Part shown: in pieces, positions 13,941 to 27,424 of the stretch
Layout: every line of letters starts with the position of its first letter
Position numbering within the stretch: the stretch's first letter is position 1
Origin: Octopus bimaculoides
Taxonomy: Eukaryota
Direction of reading: 5' to 3'
DNA length: 64,000 nt
Assembly: GCF_001194135.2 (NCBI RefSeq)
Contig: NC_068983.1
Location: forward strand, 136,147,809-136,211,808
Made by a program: the position numbers and the translations under genes
The notes under the pieces: model-generated
Database searches by the model: none
What the model saw: only the letters and a program-made list of their open reading frames with translations
What the model was told of the DNA's origin: nothing

Positions 13941-13984
<44 letters not shown>

Positions 13985-15416
13985 ATTTAAGTCAAAGATC
14001 AGTTCTATCAGGGGTTTTTTTCCTTTCTTATATATGACTTTAGTATTAATAAAGAAACTAAATCCTAATTATTATCTGCAATGAGCTAAGTAAATTCAAG
14101 CATTATATATTGCTGGGTAGATAGCACAGAAAAATAAATAAATGAAAAGAAAGATTGAAAGAAAAATATTTTTTGTACATGGGACATACAAAGGGTATTG
14201 GGAGATACATGGATAAACAGTATTGTTCATAATGCTGACATGAATTATTTTCTTAGTTCCACTTAGTAAACTATAGTAATGGACACATGCTATACTGATT
14301 GTCATATATTTATTGATTTCAGGATATAGCTACAGAACTAACTTCTGTAGATACTTTTCAATAAAATAATATAAGCGCATGTACATGAGAGAGAGAGAGG
14401 AGGGTAGGAGATAAGCCTGTTATGTTGGCAAAAGAAAGTTCTCAGAATATTTCCTATCCATCAGGGATCTTTACACTGATTATCTTTTCTGTGTCACAGA
14501 ATTTATCAATTGTCTTTTTTGCTTTCCATTTGAAAAGATTTATGATTTTTTCCATTGCAACCTTCACAGTTGCTCATTGACATTATGTTATGGGAAGGAT
14601 TATGCTTCTTGTATCACAGCTTGCTCTAACCATGTTTTTAAGACAGTTAAAAAGCATACTTCAATTGAATTGCAAACCAAATATAACTTAATCCTTCTTT
14701 AAAAACATTATTATAAAAACTCGGGAAGAAAAAAATACGAAACAAGAAATAGAAAGGAAAGCTGACCGCCTTCAAAAGAAAGACAGAAAATAAATTCAAG
14801 TACAGTTTTATTGAACATTGTGGTAGTGGTGGTGTTGGTAGTATGAGAAAGCTGTTGGCAAAGCTGTTTACAGTAGAATAACATATGTTTGAAAATTATA
14901 TAAAGATGCTGATAAATCAAATCAATATTTTGACTGTTGTCAATGCATAATGCAGACTCTAAACTTTAAAATTCATAAGAGAAAAATACAGCTGCAACAG
15001 TTACATTGATATAGAGATTGTAGCTGTCTTTCCACAGTGACAAAATTTGGTGGAAATTGGTCATTTAAAATTTTATTATCACATACACATCTACAATAAA
15101 TAACAATAACAATTATAAACTAGTTTTTATTAAGGCAAAAATATTTGAATCATTCTAAAGAAAATTGTCATTATTTTGTCTGTAAATTTGAAAATAAGTA
15201 TTGACCACAGAAATAGTAGAATAGACTGTCATGCTACATATTAGTTCTTGTTTTGTGTAAGTAATTTAACATGTCTTGTGCATGATTAACTATATATTGT
15301 CCTGTCCCAAGAGATGGCTAATGCTGTTCTAAAGACAAATATTACATGAACAATTTGTGTCTGATCAAAGACAGATGAATTATATAATAAGAAGCTAGCA
15401 ATTCATATTAGTATTA

Positions 15417-15559
15417 TTATTGTTGGGTCAACAAAGACTCATCTTTTGGATTCATTTGTATCACATCCCAAGTAATAAGGTCTATTAATTTTCCAAAGAG
15501 CTCCTTTGTATATTCTTTTGATTTTTTCTTTGTCATAGTTAGATCTCGTGCACTATAAG
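15417..15559 (-). CDS. Candidate terminal coding exon (YSARDLTMTKKKSKEYTKELFGKLIDLITWDVIQMNPKDESLLTQQ*)
   Basis: Minus-strand acceptor TTTGTTTTTACCCTATCAG| followed by 46 open codons and TAA; no recognised homology. Confidence 0.25.
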
Positions 15560-17013
15560 CTGATAGGGTAAAAACAAAGTTTGTTTGCTTCTCATATATG
15601 AAGAAAATATTGTGGCCAAGAGACGTCAACTGTCTAAGATTGTAACATATTTTCTGATTTATTAAAAAGGGTCAAGTTGTGTAATATACCATGTGATGCA
15701 AAAGCAAAACACAACATCTAAAGGTCTCTTGGAAAGGTATTTAACAGTATAACCATTTTGCCACAATAACTTGTATTTGTTAATAGTCCATAGTAATTAG
15801 TTTATATTTGTAAATAGTAATATATACCAGGGATACTTGTTAAAAGTTATGAGTTTTTACGCTAGTAATAGGACACATCTTAAGAATCAGGGAATCAATA
15901 ATGAAAAAGTGACTAAGGTTTCAGATTATAGCATTATGAGGACAAAGCCTTAAATAGTCCCTACTGTACCCATTCCTGAAAATAAGAAGTAAACTTTTCC
16001 TTGGATTATTGATTAAAGCAAACACACCAAATAAAAATAAAGAACACATTCGAATGATTTCAAAAGTACTTGGAAATTAGGGCATGTGTTATTCAGCTAA
16101 TGAAAAAAATTGCGAGCTAATGACCTAGTTTTGATTTTCAGTTAAAGATATTTCATATAATTTCAATAATGAGATTAAAAAAGCATGATCGTCACATAAT
16201 CTTATTTCTTCCTCTATAAAAGTTACTATTATAACTTTTTACACATGCTCATGAGCTTTCACAGTAACACTAGGTATATGCCTGTATTCAACAGGTGTTA
16301 CCACATTGTTATATAGCAGGAGGGTCGATGGACTGTTGCTAGGACATGAGTTGTAATTTTCATTTTTGTTGATTTTCATAATGCTATTTCCATTGTTACT
16401 TTTTATGTATTATGAAGTTTGTATTACTGTATTGAGAAAATGCAGCATAAAAAGTATGATGTGTCTATTCTTGTATTTAGATGTGTTCTTTTAAATTCTA
16501 AATTTGAATCCTTCTGGAGTTAAATTTTCTTTCATTCCATGAAAACCTATATTTTCACCCTTCATTTATATACTGACATCAATATAATCAACTCTATTCT
16601 ATCTCACTATATGTGTAAGTTTGTACCTGATAAGCCATTATTATAAAAAGAGTAGTTTATAATAGATGTATGCTAGGTTCAAATTTTGCCAGGGTCAACT
16701 GTGCCTGTCATCCTCTTTGGTTTGATACAATAAAATACTAGTTAAGCACTGGGGTCAAATCCAATCCATAGACTTCATTATCTTTTAGAATCAATTAACT
16801 TTACACTCTTCCTTAACAATTTGTGACTCAAAAATTATTATACTTCCCTTCTTTGTTTCATTGTATATCGTGTTATACTCTCATTTTTTTTTTATCATTT
16901 CATTATATGTAAATCCCCACACTTTATGTCTGTCATTGTATTATCCCCCTCATCCTTTGCCCTGGTGGCAAATAAAAGAAATCATTATTATTATTATTGT
17001 TGTTGTTGTTGTC

Positions 17014-17232
17014 CAAGGTGGCAAGCTGGCTGAATCATTAATATGCCAGACAAAATGCTTAGGGGTATTTCATCTGTCTTCACATTCTGAGTTAAAATTC
17101 TGTGGCGGTTGAGTTTGCGTCTCCTCCTTTCTGAGTTAATAAAATGAGTACAAGTTGAGCATTGGGGTTGAAATAATTGACTTATCTCCATCCCTGGAAG
17201 TTGCTGGCCTTGTGTGAAAATTTGAAACCATT
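17014..17232 (+). mobile_element. SINE family B (Nin-domain type), near full length
   Basis: AAGGTGGCAAGCTGGCTGAATC...TTCTGAGTTAAAATTC...TAAAATGAGTACAAG...GCTGGCCTTGTG. Confidence 0.85.
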
Positions 17233-17444
17233 ATCATGATTATTAAGGTAATGAATTAGCAAAGATCTTAGGAGTTCTAGACACAATATTTTTTTTTATT
17301 TCCTCCATCCTCAAAGCCAAAAATGTTACTAGAGTCAGTTTATTGGGGTTGATAAAATACCAGTTGGTATTTTTACTGGATTCAAGTGATATCTCATCAT
17401 ATCATTAATAATAATAATAAGTTCACGTGTAAATATAAAGTCAC

Positions 17445-17600
17445 ACATTTCGGGAGAAGAAAGAGCCATCTAAATTGACCAGTATTCAACTGGTATCTTA
17501 TTTTATTGATACTAGATGGATGAAAGGCAAATCTGATTCTGGCAGAACTTGAAATCAGAACATAAAAGTATGTAACTAAATCCACAAGTCATCTTGTTTC
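17445..17600 (-). mobile_element. SINE family B, reverse orientation
   Basis: Reverse complement reads GTTCTGATTTCAAG...TTTGCCTTTCATCC...AATAAAATAAGATACCAG. Confidence 0.75.
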
Positions 17601-18693
17601 CCACTGAGTCACTGCAGTCAATCTGAAATAATAATTTTAATAATGATATCTCTGTGCTGCAGATCTGAGACAAGCATCTAGGGAGCCAAGTTCTTAATCT
17701 GATTTCAATTCATATACTGTCTTTTTCCATCCGTATGACATTAATGTATTCTGAAGACATACACACATAATCAGATATATATATACTGTATTTGTGGGTT
17801 AACAAGACTACCAATGGTTTTTACCTAGAGAGAGAACTTCACAATTGTACCACATGGGAATGTTGGTACTTGTCTCCATTTTGGATGAAAATATTATTGG
17901 TTGCCCTGTTAACCCACAAATAAAGAATATTTATCCATCAATGCAGTGTGGAGCAGTCATTTCCTGTTTGTTATTGGCATGTGTGTGTGTGTGAATATAT
18001 ATATATATATACACATATATATATATAATGTACATAATGCACACAGAAACACACATATACTCACATATACATATTAATCCTAGTCCCCAGAAAAGGTATG
18101 AACACCACATAATCTCTTTTCCTTTTTCCCAGAATTCTATAGCTTTGTGCCTGTCAGAAATCAATAACTGAAGGGAAATACACTTAACTGGCAACAGGTA
18201 TATAGGCAAGCAGGGGAGTGGTCATTGATCCTAATATTAAGTCTCTATGTATTATTTTACCTATCTGTTCTTTCTAAGTCACTGAGTCGGAAACTTTGTG
18301 AACATATGTTGCCAACAGCTGTATCCTGCAAATTATCTAACAAATATAGTTATATTCAGGTAATCATATAAACTGGTTATACATACATACAAGTGAATGA
18401 ACAAATGAAAGTAACCTCCAACACATTTAGTTCAAGTTATAGGTATTTAATAATATTCAGCTTCACATTACTTAAAATTATGCCCACATCATCAGATATT
18501 CAGAGACAGATGCAATATATATATATATATANNNNNNNNNNNNNNNNNNNNNNNNNNNNNNNNNNNNNNNNNNNNNNNNNNNNNNNNNNNNNNNNNNNNN
18601 NNNNNNNNNNNNNNNNNNNNNNNNNNNNNNNNNNNNNNNNNNNNNNNNNNNNNNNNNNNNNNNNNNNNNNNNNNNNNNNNNNNNNNATAATAA

Positions 18694-19072
18694 GCGTAGA
18701 AGTGGCTGTGTGGTAAGCTGCTTGCTTACAAACCACATGGTTCTGGGTTCAGTCCCACTCCATGGCACCTTGGGCAAGTGTCTTCTACTATAAAGCCTCG
18801 GGCCAACCAAAGCCTTGTGAATGGATTTGGTAGACGGAAACTGAAAGAAGCCCGTCATATATATGTGTGTGTGTGTGTGTGTGTGTATTTGTCCCCCACC
18901 CCAACATCACTTGACAACCGATGCTGGTGTGTTTATGTCCCTGTAACTTAGCAGTTCGGCAAAAGAGACTGATAGAATAAGTACTAGGCTTACAAAGAAT
19001 AAGTCCTGGGGTCGATTTGCTCAACTAAAGGCCAGTGTGGCCACAGTCAAATGACTGAAACAAGTAAAAGAG
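18694..19072 (+). mobile_element. SINE family A, near full length
   Basis: Head GTGGCTGTGTGGTAAG...GGGTTCAGTCCC, internal (TA)(TG)n, tail CAGTCAAATGACTGAAACAAGTAAAAGAG. Confidence 0.92.
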
Positions 19073-19159
19073 TATATATATATTCCCACATGTATATCTG
19101 TATATATATTACACAAACATACACATTCACACACACCTGCACACCCATATATATTGTTT

Positions 19160-19280
19160 GTTTCAGTGCCTTTCATCCTTTCGGGGTCAATAAATTAAGT
19201 ACCAGTTGCGCACTGGGGATCGATCTAATCGACTGGCCCCCTCCCCATAAATTTCAGCCTTGTGCCTAGAGTAGAAAATT
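19160..19280 (+). mobile_element. SINE family B 3' part, little diverged
   Basis: GCCTTTCATCCTTTCGGGGTCAATAAATTAAGTACCAG (Nin-domain-like core) plus tail. Confidence 0.85.
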
Positions 19281-19651
19281 TTTTGTTCATTTGTTACTGG
19301 TGGATTGAATTACATCCCTTTCCATTAAAAAGGTAAAACTTAACAATTTATTATGCAGACGACAATAAAATAAGTACCAGATGAATATAATGGAATTGAT
19401 AAAATTGACTAAAACCTTTATGGGTGATTCACCTGCAGGACAGCAGTCCAATGACTAAAACCAATAAATGGACAATCATAATCATCATCAGCTATTGTTT
19501 ACAATTTCTGCAAGCATTGGGAAAAGGATGGGTGCACCACACATACTAACCCATCATCACTGTCATTCTTAAGTTCATCAGCACTCATCGTACAACCATC
19601 CGTCATCAGGATTTTGATGATGGTTTTGGAACAATGCCCATGTGTGTGTGT

Positions 19652-19730
<79 letters not shown>

Positions 19731-19850
19731 CATATATATATATCTATAATATAAATAAAGAGAAAGGGGGTGAATCTCTTGAATCAAAGATCAAGGATAC
19801 CAAAATCTAAGTAGAACCCAATATGAGTTCTATAGAAAGCTGTAGGGTTG

Positions 19851-20146
19851 TCGTCGTCGTCATCGTCGTTTAACGTCCGCTTTCCATGCTAGCATGGGTT
19901 GGACGATTTGACTGAGGACTGGTGAAACCAGATGGCTACACCAGGCTCCAATCTGATTTGGCAGAGTTTCTACAGCTGGATGCCCTTCTTAACGCCAACC
20001 ACTCAGAGTGTAGTGGGTGCTTTTACATGTCACCTGCACGAAGGCCAGTCAGGTGGTACTGGCAACGGCCACGCTCAAAGTGGTGCATTTCATGTGCCAC
20101 CCACACAAGAGCCAGTCCAGGGGCACTGGCAACGATCTCGCTCGGA
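19851..20146 (-). mobile_element. SINE family C with RTE-like tail and internal ~62-bp repeat units
   Basis: CGTCGTTTAACGTCCGCTTTCCATGCTAGCATGGGTTGGACG..., near-identical start at 32207; two related internal units ending GGCAACG...CGCTC. Confidence 0.88.
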
Positions 20147-20514
20147 AAAAAAAAAAAAAAATTTATAGAACTTAAATAGCATTTTAATTTCTGAAGATCT
20201 ACTGAAATAGAGAAAGTAACGATTTCTTGCTAAAACAATAAATCAATAAAATTTAACTGTTTGTTCATTTTTATGTCTATTTTTCTATGCTAGCATGAGT
20301 TAGATGAATAAATTAATGAAGCATTGTTTTTCTGCTGTATGCTCTTCCTGTTGCTGACACTTGAATGCTTTTGAGTAAAGGAATCACTCATTCCATAAAT
20401 CTTCAAAGTCATAAAACTAGTAGGCGATTTGTTGACAGGGGAAATGATCACAATCTCACTGCTTGTAGCTCAACAATTTTCAGAGAAGTACAAATGTAAA
20501 TACCCACACATATA

Positions 20515-20675
20515 TTTATGACAAGCTTCTTCCAGTTTCTACACCCCAAATCCACTCATAAGGCCTTGGTCAACTTGGCACTATAGAAGACACTTGCCCA
20601 AGGTACTGCACAGTAGGATTGCCTAAAACTATACAGTTGTGAAGCAAACACTTCAACCATTCAACCATGCCTGTA
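20515..20675 (-). mobile_element. SINE family A head, decayed
   Basis: GACAAGCTTCTTCCAGTTTC...AAATCCACTCATAAGGCCTTGG...GACACTTGCCCAAGGT. Confidence 0.75.
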
Positions 20676-20714
20676 CCTATAACTGTGTGCTTCCAACCTT
20701 GTTTAGTTTCTGCA

Positions 20715-21110
20715 GTTACCCTCACCCCTACACACTGTATCAGTCAAATATGACACAACATACAATATATGCCAGGATATTGCTTCTAATATTGCATGTT
20801 ACAACAGACACAGACATAGTCCCCTCAACACTTCATATAGTATCCCCTCTACACTTCAACTTGTAACTTCCAAAATCTACAAAAAGAATCTGTCTCTCAA
20901 AGGCTGTCATCTACAGAACCACCCTCATACCATCTGATGGTATCACAAAACATTACCTTGACAGGACAGCCAATGACTTTAAAAGAAAATACACACAACA
21001 AATCCTTCAGATGTAAGACTTCATGTCCCTTTAGTCTTATGTCATCTAGGCACCAGGGCGATTGAAAAGACTTTCTGAACACCATGTGGAACATCCTTGA
21101 CAGGGCCTTA
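20715..21110 (+). mobile_element. Decayed Penelope-like element, GIY-YIG endonuclease region
   Basis: Fragments VKYDTTYNICQDIASNIACYN, STCNFQN and KAVIYRTT...KHYLDRTANDFKRKYTQQ resemble the PLE linker and the bipartite GIY-YIG motif; many stops. Confidence 0.6.
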
Positions 21111-21748
21111 CCTTACACACATGGAGCTCATAATTGCCAACTCTACCTCCATGAGAAACTAGACATACTTCACCAGCTCACAGTATCCATTTATATGAAA
21201 AATGACTTCATATCGTTGTAACCAAAAGTATACCTTGTGAATGAACTTCAAACTTTTGTTCATTGATAACTCTAGACCTGGATGACTCCCACACAAGGGT
21301 AGATTATACAATTCCTACAACCCTCACCTTGAGGGTATGTTCTAGCATCTCATCATCACCACATTTTCTCTCACGTGGGCATGTGTGTGCATGCGCACGC
21401 ATGTGTGTATGTATGAGTGTGCATGTGTATGTGCTTTGTGTGTACATGTAGGCATGGCTGTATATGTACACATAAAATTTGCTTCACAACAATTATGTGC
21501 TTTTAGATTTGATCCCACTGTTCATACTTTACGTAAGTCCTTTCTACTCTAGCCTCATACTGTGACTAGAATTTGAAATTTGAAAGACTTAAACAGTGTA
21601 GAAGGCGATGATATATATATACACATACATACATACATAGATATATGTAACTATATCAATACATATATATATATGATATAGGCACACAAAACAATAAAGA
21701 TTATTGTTATCTTTAGTGCATGAATGTGTTAAAAATAAATGGACACAT

Positions 21749-21951
21749 CTTTATTTTGATCCTCGTGGCTTAATGTGCTTATATTGAATTAATTGCAGTT
21801 CAGTAAACCTCCAAAAACACATAAGAAAATGCATTATTTGCTGATTTCTTCACAGAAACAAAAGTTTTTGCTTCACTCCAAGTGACCAAACTGATGTTTG
21901 CCACTGAGGATGTGAGATCACACTGAAGCACTGTGTCTGGTAGTCCTGCTG
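21749..21951 (+). repeat. Copy A of a direct duplication (partner 26447-26589)
   Basis: Shared TGAATTAAT(T/C)GCAGTTCAGTAAACCTCCAAA and CTGAAG(C/T)ACTGTGTCTGGTAGTCCTGCTG; copy A has about 58 extra nt. Confidence 0.9.
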
Positions 21952-24339
21952 ATGCGACTGTGTTTTTACACAAGTTCTACAGAGGCAAATTTTTCTGTGA
22001 GGCAAAATTTCAGAGTGAGTTGATGGAGATTGATAAAATAAGTACTAGGCTGAAATAAGTTGTAGGGCCAATATGATTGACTAAAACCTTAAAGATTGCT
22101 TCCAGCAATGTCACAGTTCAATGACTGGAACCAGTAAAAAATATATACTAAATTATCATCATTTTGCATCCATATTTGCATGTGTTGACAAATATCTAAA
22201 TCTATATTAATCTATCTATACATATGAAAAAAAAAACACAGTGATAAAGATATAATAAGAGAATAATCTGCAAGTTATTATGTTGCATATGTCTACAACT
22301 TTGATAATTTATACTGGATCTTAGGATTCACTGTGTCACATTCAAGGCAATTAGCTTCATTAACCCCTTCCAGACCTATTTTGAACTACAATTAGTACAT
22401 CCCAGATGTGAAAGAGAGGGTTCCTCAGTCAGAATGTAAAGAAGATAATGTGAATTAAAATGTGTCAACAAACTGCTTTAATGAGTATTAAGAATTGCAT
22501 GTAATATAATGTTGTGTAACACTTTTTGTCAAGACGGCTGTCAACTAAAAGAGTTGCTCATTTTAAACAGCAAGCTTCTTTGCAAATAACTGATGATGAA
22601 TAAGAAAGTATCACAGGAAACTGTATAGACAAGTTCAGCTGTGTAGAACAGTTGATGAAACTGCATTCAGATGTTGGTAATAGGAAAAAATTTGAAATAA
22701 CTAAAGCTCATCAATAGAATACAGTGAAGAAAGGTAACAACCAATTTTTGTTCATCATAATGTTATTTTTAATATTGTTATTTTAACAATTAGAACATGG
22801 CAGAAACATAGATTTCTTTTGACAAGACACAGGACTATCAGCTTTTCTAACATAGTCGATAATTTTGACTTCCAATGTTTACTTCATATTCAGACAAACA
22901 CACACACAAAAAACTGTCTCTGCCCTACAAGGTTTAGATATGGATATTGTAAATCCAAATGCCAGTTTTTGGTGATGCTGCAGATCAACTTATTTATATT
23001 AACAGGAATATAGCAAAGTTAACTGAACCCAGTCAATCCAATCAGCTATACCATAGAGAAATATACAAGTATATTAGTAATATTAATTGTATTAATATTG
23101 GAAGGATGAAAAGTAAAGACAACACTGGTGAGATTTGAATTCAGGATTATACAAGGGTGACACTAACTAGTTTGGACTCATCCATTTTTGCTAAGCCATT
23201 ACTTTTTACCAGAAAAGCATCATATGATTTCTATTGACTCAAAGTGCAATATTAACATTCCACACTACTTGATGCATTCACCTCACTATATTCCCTTGAC
23301 TCTAGACATAGCACTAAATGTTTTCCTCAAACCAATCCCATACACTGAAACTCTCTTACTTGCACCTATAATGGCCTTTTAGCAATTAATCTGCGGTAGT
23401 TCCATTTAAATTTTAGCTACTTTATGCTAAATAAAATCTTTATTCCAGAAGTATGTGATATAGCAAGGAATACTGGTCCTTTCTCCTCATGTAAGCTAAT
23501 AAAATATACATTCATGAAGGGGCTTCTTATTTGATTGTTCAGTCTACCAGAAATTTTAAAGCCAAATCTCCCTCAAATCATATCCTACTACATTTTTCTT
23601 TGTTTTTCTTTTTGTTTTAAAAAAATGGAAGACAAATTAAATACATCATGCTTGAATAAAATATGAAACAGTCATAACTTGAAAGCATTTGATCATAGTG
23701 CTACTCTATTGAGACATGCCTGAAGTTATGTAATAATTTTAAACTCATACCATCATCATTATTATCATCACCATTCAATACCCTCCTTCCATACTGGCAC
23801 TGAAGGAGGATATTAAAGATGGAGGTGAGGGAACACAGGTGGAGGAAGGGAATGTTAGGAAGATGAGCTATGGGGGAAAGATTTGTCTGGGATATACTCT
23901 GAGCAAGAGCAAAGACATAAACAACATGCCTCTAGGGTCACATTTTTATTTAGATGGATGGTCAAGCACAGCAAATTGCCAATCATCTCATGTTTATTAT
24001 AAATTTTTACTCTCTCTCTCTCTCTCTCTCTCTGTATATGTGTATACACACATGCACACACACACACATTATTGACATTACATTTGGGCTTCCTCCCTCC
24101 CCTCTTTTTGCCATTATCCCCACCACCCAAATGTTCCATTAGTTACTCTCTCCAGTACCATCCTTACAAGAATCAATCTGTTTCTTCCATTATACTGTTA
24201 TTTTTTCATTCACACAAGTTCTCCTTCATATTGTGAGCTACAAGGAAACTCTACTAGTGGTGGTGCCATAAAAAACAAAGTCACACCCTGCAGTCTTTAA
24301 GTGGATGGTAAATCAAATCAAGCTATGAAAACACAAGAC

Positions 24340-24570
24340 TTATGAAGGTTTCTTAGTATAGTTGAAGGCAAGACAACCACTAGAGTGCTGGTGCCTAAAA
24401 CAAATGTATTCTGTGCACTCTGGAAAATGACTGGCATTAGGAAGGGCATCCAACCATAGAAACCATGCCAAAACTAAGACACTGGAGCAAGACAGGGTCC
24501 TCTGACATGTTGGGTCCTGTTGAATTGTCCAACCCTGGCGGTATGGAAAATGTATGTAAAATGATGAAGA
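24340..24570 (+). mobile_element. SINE family C 3' part
   Basis: GGCATTAGGAAGGGCATCCAACCATAGAAACCATGCC...TCCAACCCTGGCGGTATGGAAAA...(GAT)n. Confidence 0.75.
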
Positions 24571-24603
24571 TGATAATGAGGGTGTATATATGTATGTGGG
24601 TAA

Positions 24604-24643
<40 letters not shown>

Positions 24644-24653
24644 NNNNNNNNNN

Positions 24654-24690
<37 letters not shown>

Positions 24691-24791
24691 TAAACTTGTT
24701 ACTTATTCATATATGTGTATGAGTTTATCTTTCACTGGTGTATATTGGTAAAAGATTAAAAAATTGCAAACACACACACACATAGACACAG

Positions 24792-24834
<43 letters not shown>

Positions 24835-25289
24835 CACAGCACTAAGTTTCCACATAGTATCTGGCTACCAAATTCCTCTGACATGATATTGTTCAGCATG
24901 AGGTTATTACAAAAGAAACTTGCTCAAGGTATCATACAGTAAGATCACATCTGAGAACTCCATGGCTGTAAAGCAAAACTCTTGTAACAACTAAAGCCAC
25001 ATAAACCTTATCATGTTAACCCTATCCCCCTTACTTTAACAGGACCTAAAAGCTTTATGGCTATTCTTGATCCTCATACTAACAAGTAATAAAGACAAAT
25101 ATAATAAATAAATGAAAGTTTGAATTGCAATTTTCATGAAATCAAACGTTTACATTGTTTCTTATAATAGGCTGGGCAATACTGTGTAATAAAACATAAG
25201 AGTTTTGAATAGGAAATAGCATAAGCAGAGAAGAGCAGTTATCGATTGATTTGAAATGTGTATTGACAAGGTAATAAACCATGAACAAA

Positions 25290-25605
25290 CAGATGCCAAA
25301 TATCATGTATGTGTGTATGTGTATGCATGCATGCATTGTACATATGTATATGTGTGTGTGTATGTACACATATATATGTATATATGTGTGTAAGTGTGTA
25401 TAAGTTTATATTTATATATGTGTGCTTGTTTGCGTGTGTATGTGTGTGTGCATATATATATGTGTGTGTGTGTGTGTGTATGCATATATACACACACAAA
25501 CAAATACATACATGCATGTTTGTGTAAGAGTGTATGTCAGTATGCATGTGTGTGTATACATATAATTCTCTTTTATCAGTAACATATATATATATATATA
25601 TAAAA
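25290..25605. repeat. Compound TA/TG/CA low-complexity tract
   Basis: Direct read; source of several spurious ORFs. Confidence 0.9.
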
Positions 25606-26446
25606 TATTCCCTATTATTCTTTTATACAAGGATATAACTCTCATACAGCTGCTTTAACCAATAGCATGATGGATTACCAGTCAAATGATTGATATCTAT
25701 TTACTTTTACAACTGTTACTTTGTATGTTCATAGCTAAGAAATTTAGCTCTCAATAACCCAGTACATGACACAACAACACTGTAAATAGATACCATGGGG
25801 TGGTATAATTTATTGCTGTAAACAATGTGATAAAGGCTCTGTACAGATAATAAATATATAGCAGTTGGATTTGTAGAAACAGCAGAGCATTCGATAGATT
25901 ATCTTAAGGTATTTGATTACACTGCAAGGTGTTCCAGGTTGAAATCCCACTTAGATTTACTTCCTTTTATCCTTTTCAGTTTGATTAAATATTTTTGGTG
26001 GTCAATGTAATAGATTATACCTAAGAAAGTTATATACCAGTGCAGTCACAATCTCATGACTGAAGTCAGTGAAAGAATAAATGACAAATTTCATAATAAT
26101 TTACAGTTCAAATCTTCCTAATGGTCTACAAAAGGTAACAAGAAAGGTTTGTCCAAACCTTATATAAACTCAAAGCTTTCAATGGTGTCCCAATAATCCA
26201 AGTGATGATGGAACTCAATTTATCTTGAAAACATCTAACTGGTGAATAATAGCTAAGAATTTTGGTCCAGAAAAGGTAATGATTTTGCTATCATTTGTTT
26301 CTTGCATTTTGAATACAAATCCCACTGATGTCAACTTTGCCTCTCTCCTTCTACCATGTCAAAAAAATAAAGTACCAGTCTACAGCAATGAACTTGTGGA
26401 ATTGTTAAAGCAATGGACTAGATGCCTTGTGGTATTTGTTCTAGCT

Positions 26447-26589
26447 CTTTATTTTGATCATTGCTGCTTTGTGTGCTCATACTGAATTAATCGCAGTTCA
26501 GTAAACCTCCAAACACACCAGAAAATGTATTATTTGCTAATTTCTACACAGAAACAAAGGCTGAAGTACTGTGTCTGGTAGTCCTGCTG
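26447..26589 (+). repeat. Copy B of the direct duplication (partner 21749-21951)
   Basis: Same shared blocks as copy A. Confidence 0.9.
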
Positions 26590-26856
26590 TGGTCTATTTA
26601 AATGATAAACTTAATTTGTTGCTAACTTCAATCAACACCATCATGTTGTCCTTGAGTAACTTTAGTGGATTCAATTCTGTTACATGATTCAGGCCAAGTC
26701 CTTGGTTTAAAGCTATCTTCCTTCCTTTCTCATTCCCTCAGTTTCAGAGATCCTATAAACTGTTATGGACAATGCCCTGCCACCTAAGTGAAAAGAAAAG
26801 CAAACTGTTGTAGCTGGTCAGCTCGCTGCTGTCGCTGATTTCTGGATTTTTTAAAT

Positions 26857-27424
26857 ATGTTGTAATATTACATAAGAGTTACTGAAACAGTTGTAAGAGA
26901 AATGAATATTTGAAATATCACTGATATTGTTTTTTGTTACTCTTTCAATTGTGCCTTATATATGCATGTGTAAACACACACACACACACACACACATTTT
27001 CTTTCTTCCTATCCCATTTCTGATCATTTCTCTCACATTCATTCATTTATACTTGTCTTTCTCAGTTTACTTTCATTTTCCATATTTACTTGCCTACCTT
27101 CTTTCTTTATAATCGTATCTGAGTTATCAACAAAATATTTGAAGAACTCAGCAGGATATTATTCCAATGTATCCTTCTCCAAAAACACTATAACACCATA
27201 GCAACCTCATACAATTATATATGCAACTTAATAGTGATGAGGAATAAAATATCACAGAATATACTATTTAAACAGTATATTAAAACACCTTAATAGTGTT
27301 TAATGAACTGTTTAAACACATTTTTATATATAATTTTTCTAGTGATGTCTCTATACAAGTCATGACCTGGCCTACTGCCAGTTGGAAACTGTTTGATATA
27401 AATACCTATATTTACAAATGATGT
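26857..27424 (-). repeat. Copy 2 of the inverted duplication (partner 11906-12583)
   Basis: Reverse complement is colinear with copy 1. Confidence 0.92.

Noticed and set aside
14570-14702. Cys-rich open frame after a good acceptor, in phase with the 4906 donor
   Set aside because: 44 open codons after one of many AG sites is expected by chance; the toxin-like Cys pattern depends on an unproven splice.
21275-21310. Possible hammerhead downstream of the Penelope-like fragment (CCTGGATGA...CCC...GGG)
   Set aside because: The core has an insertion and there is no GAAA.
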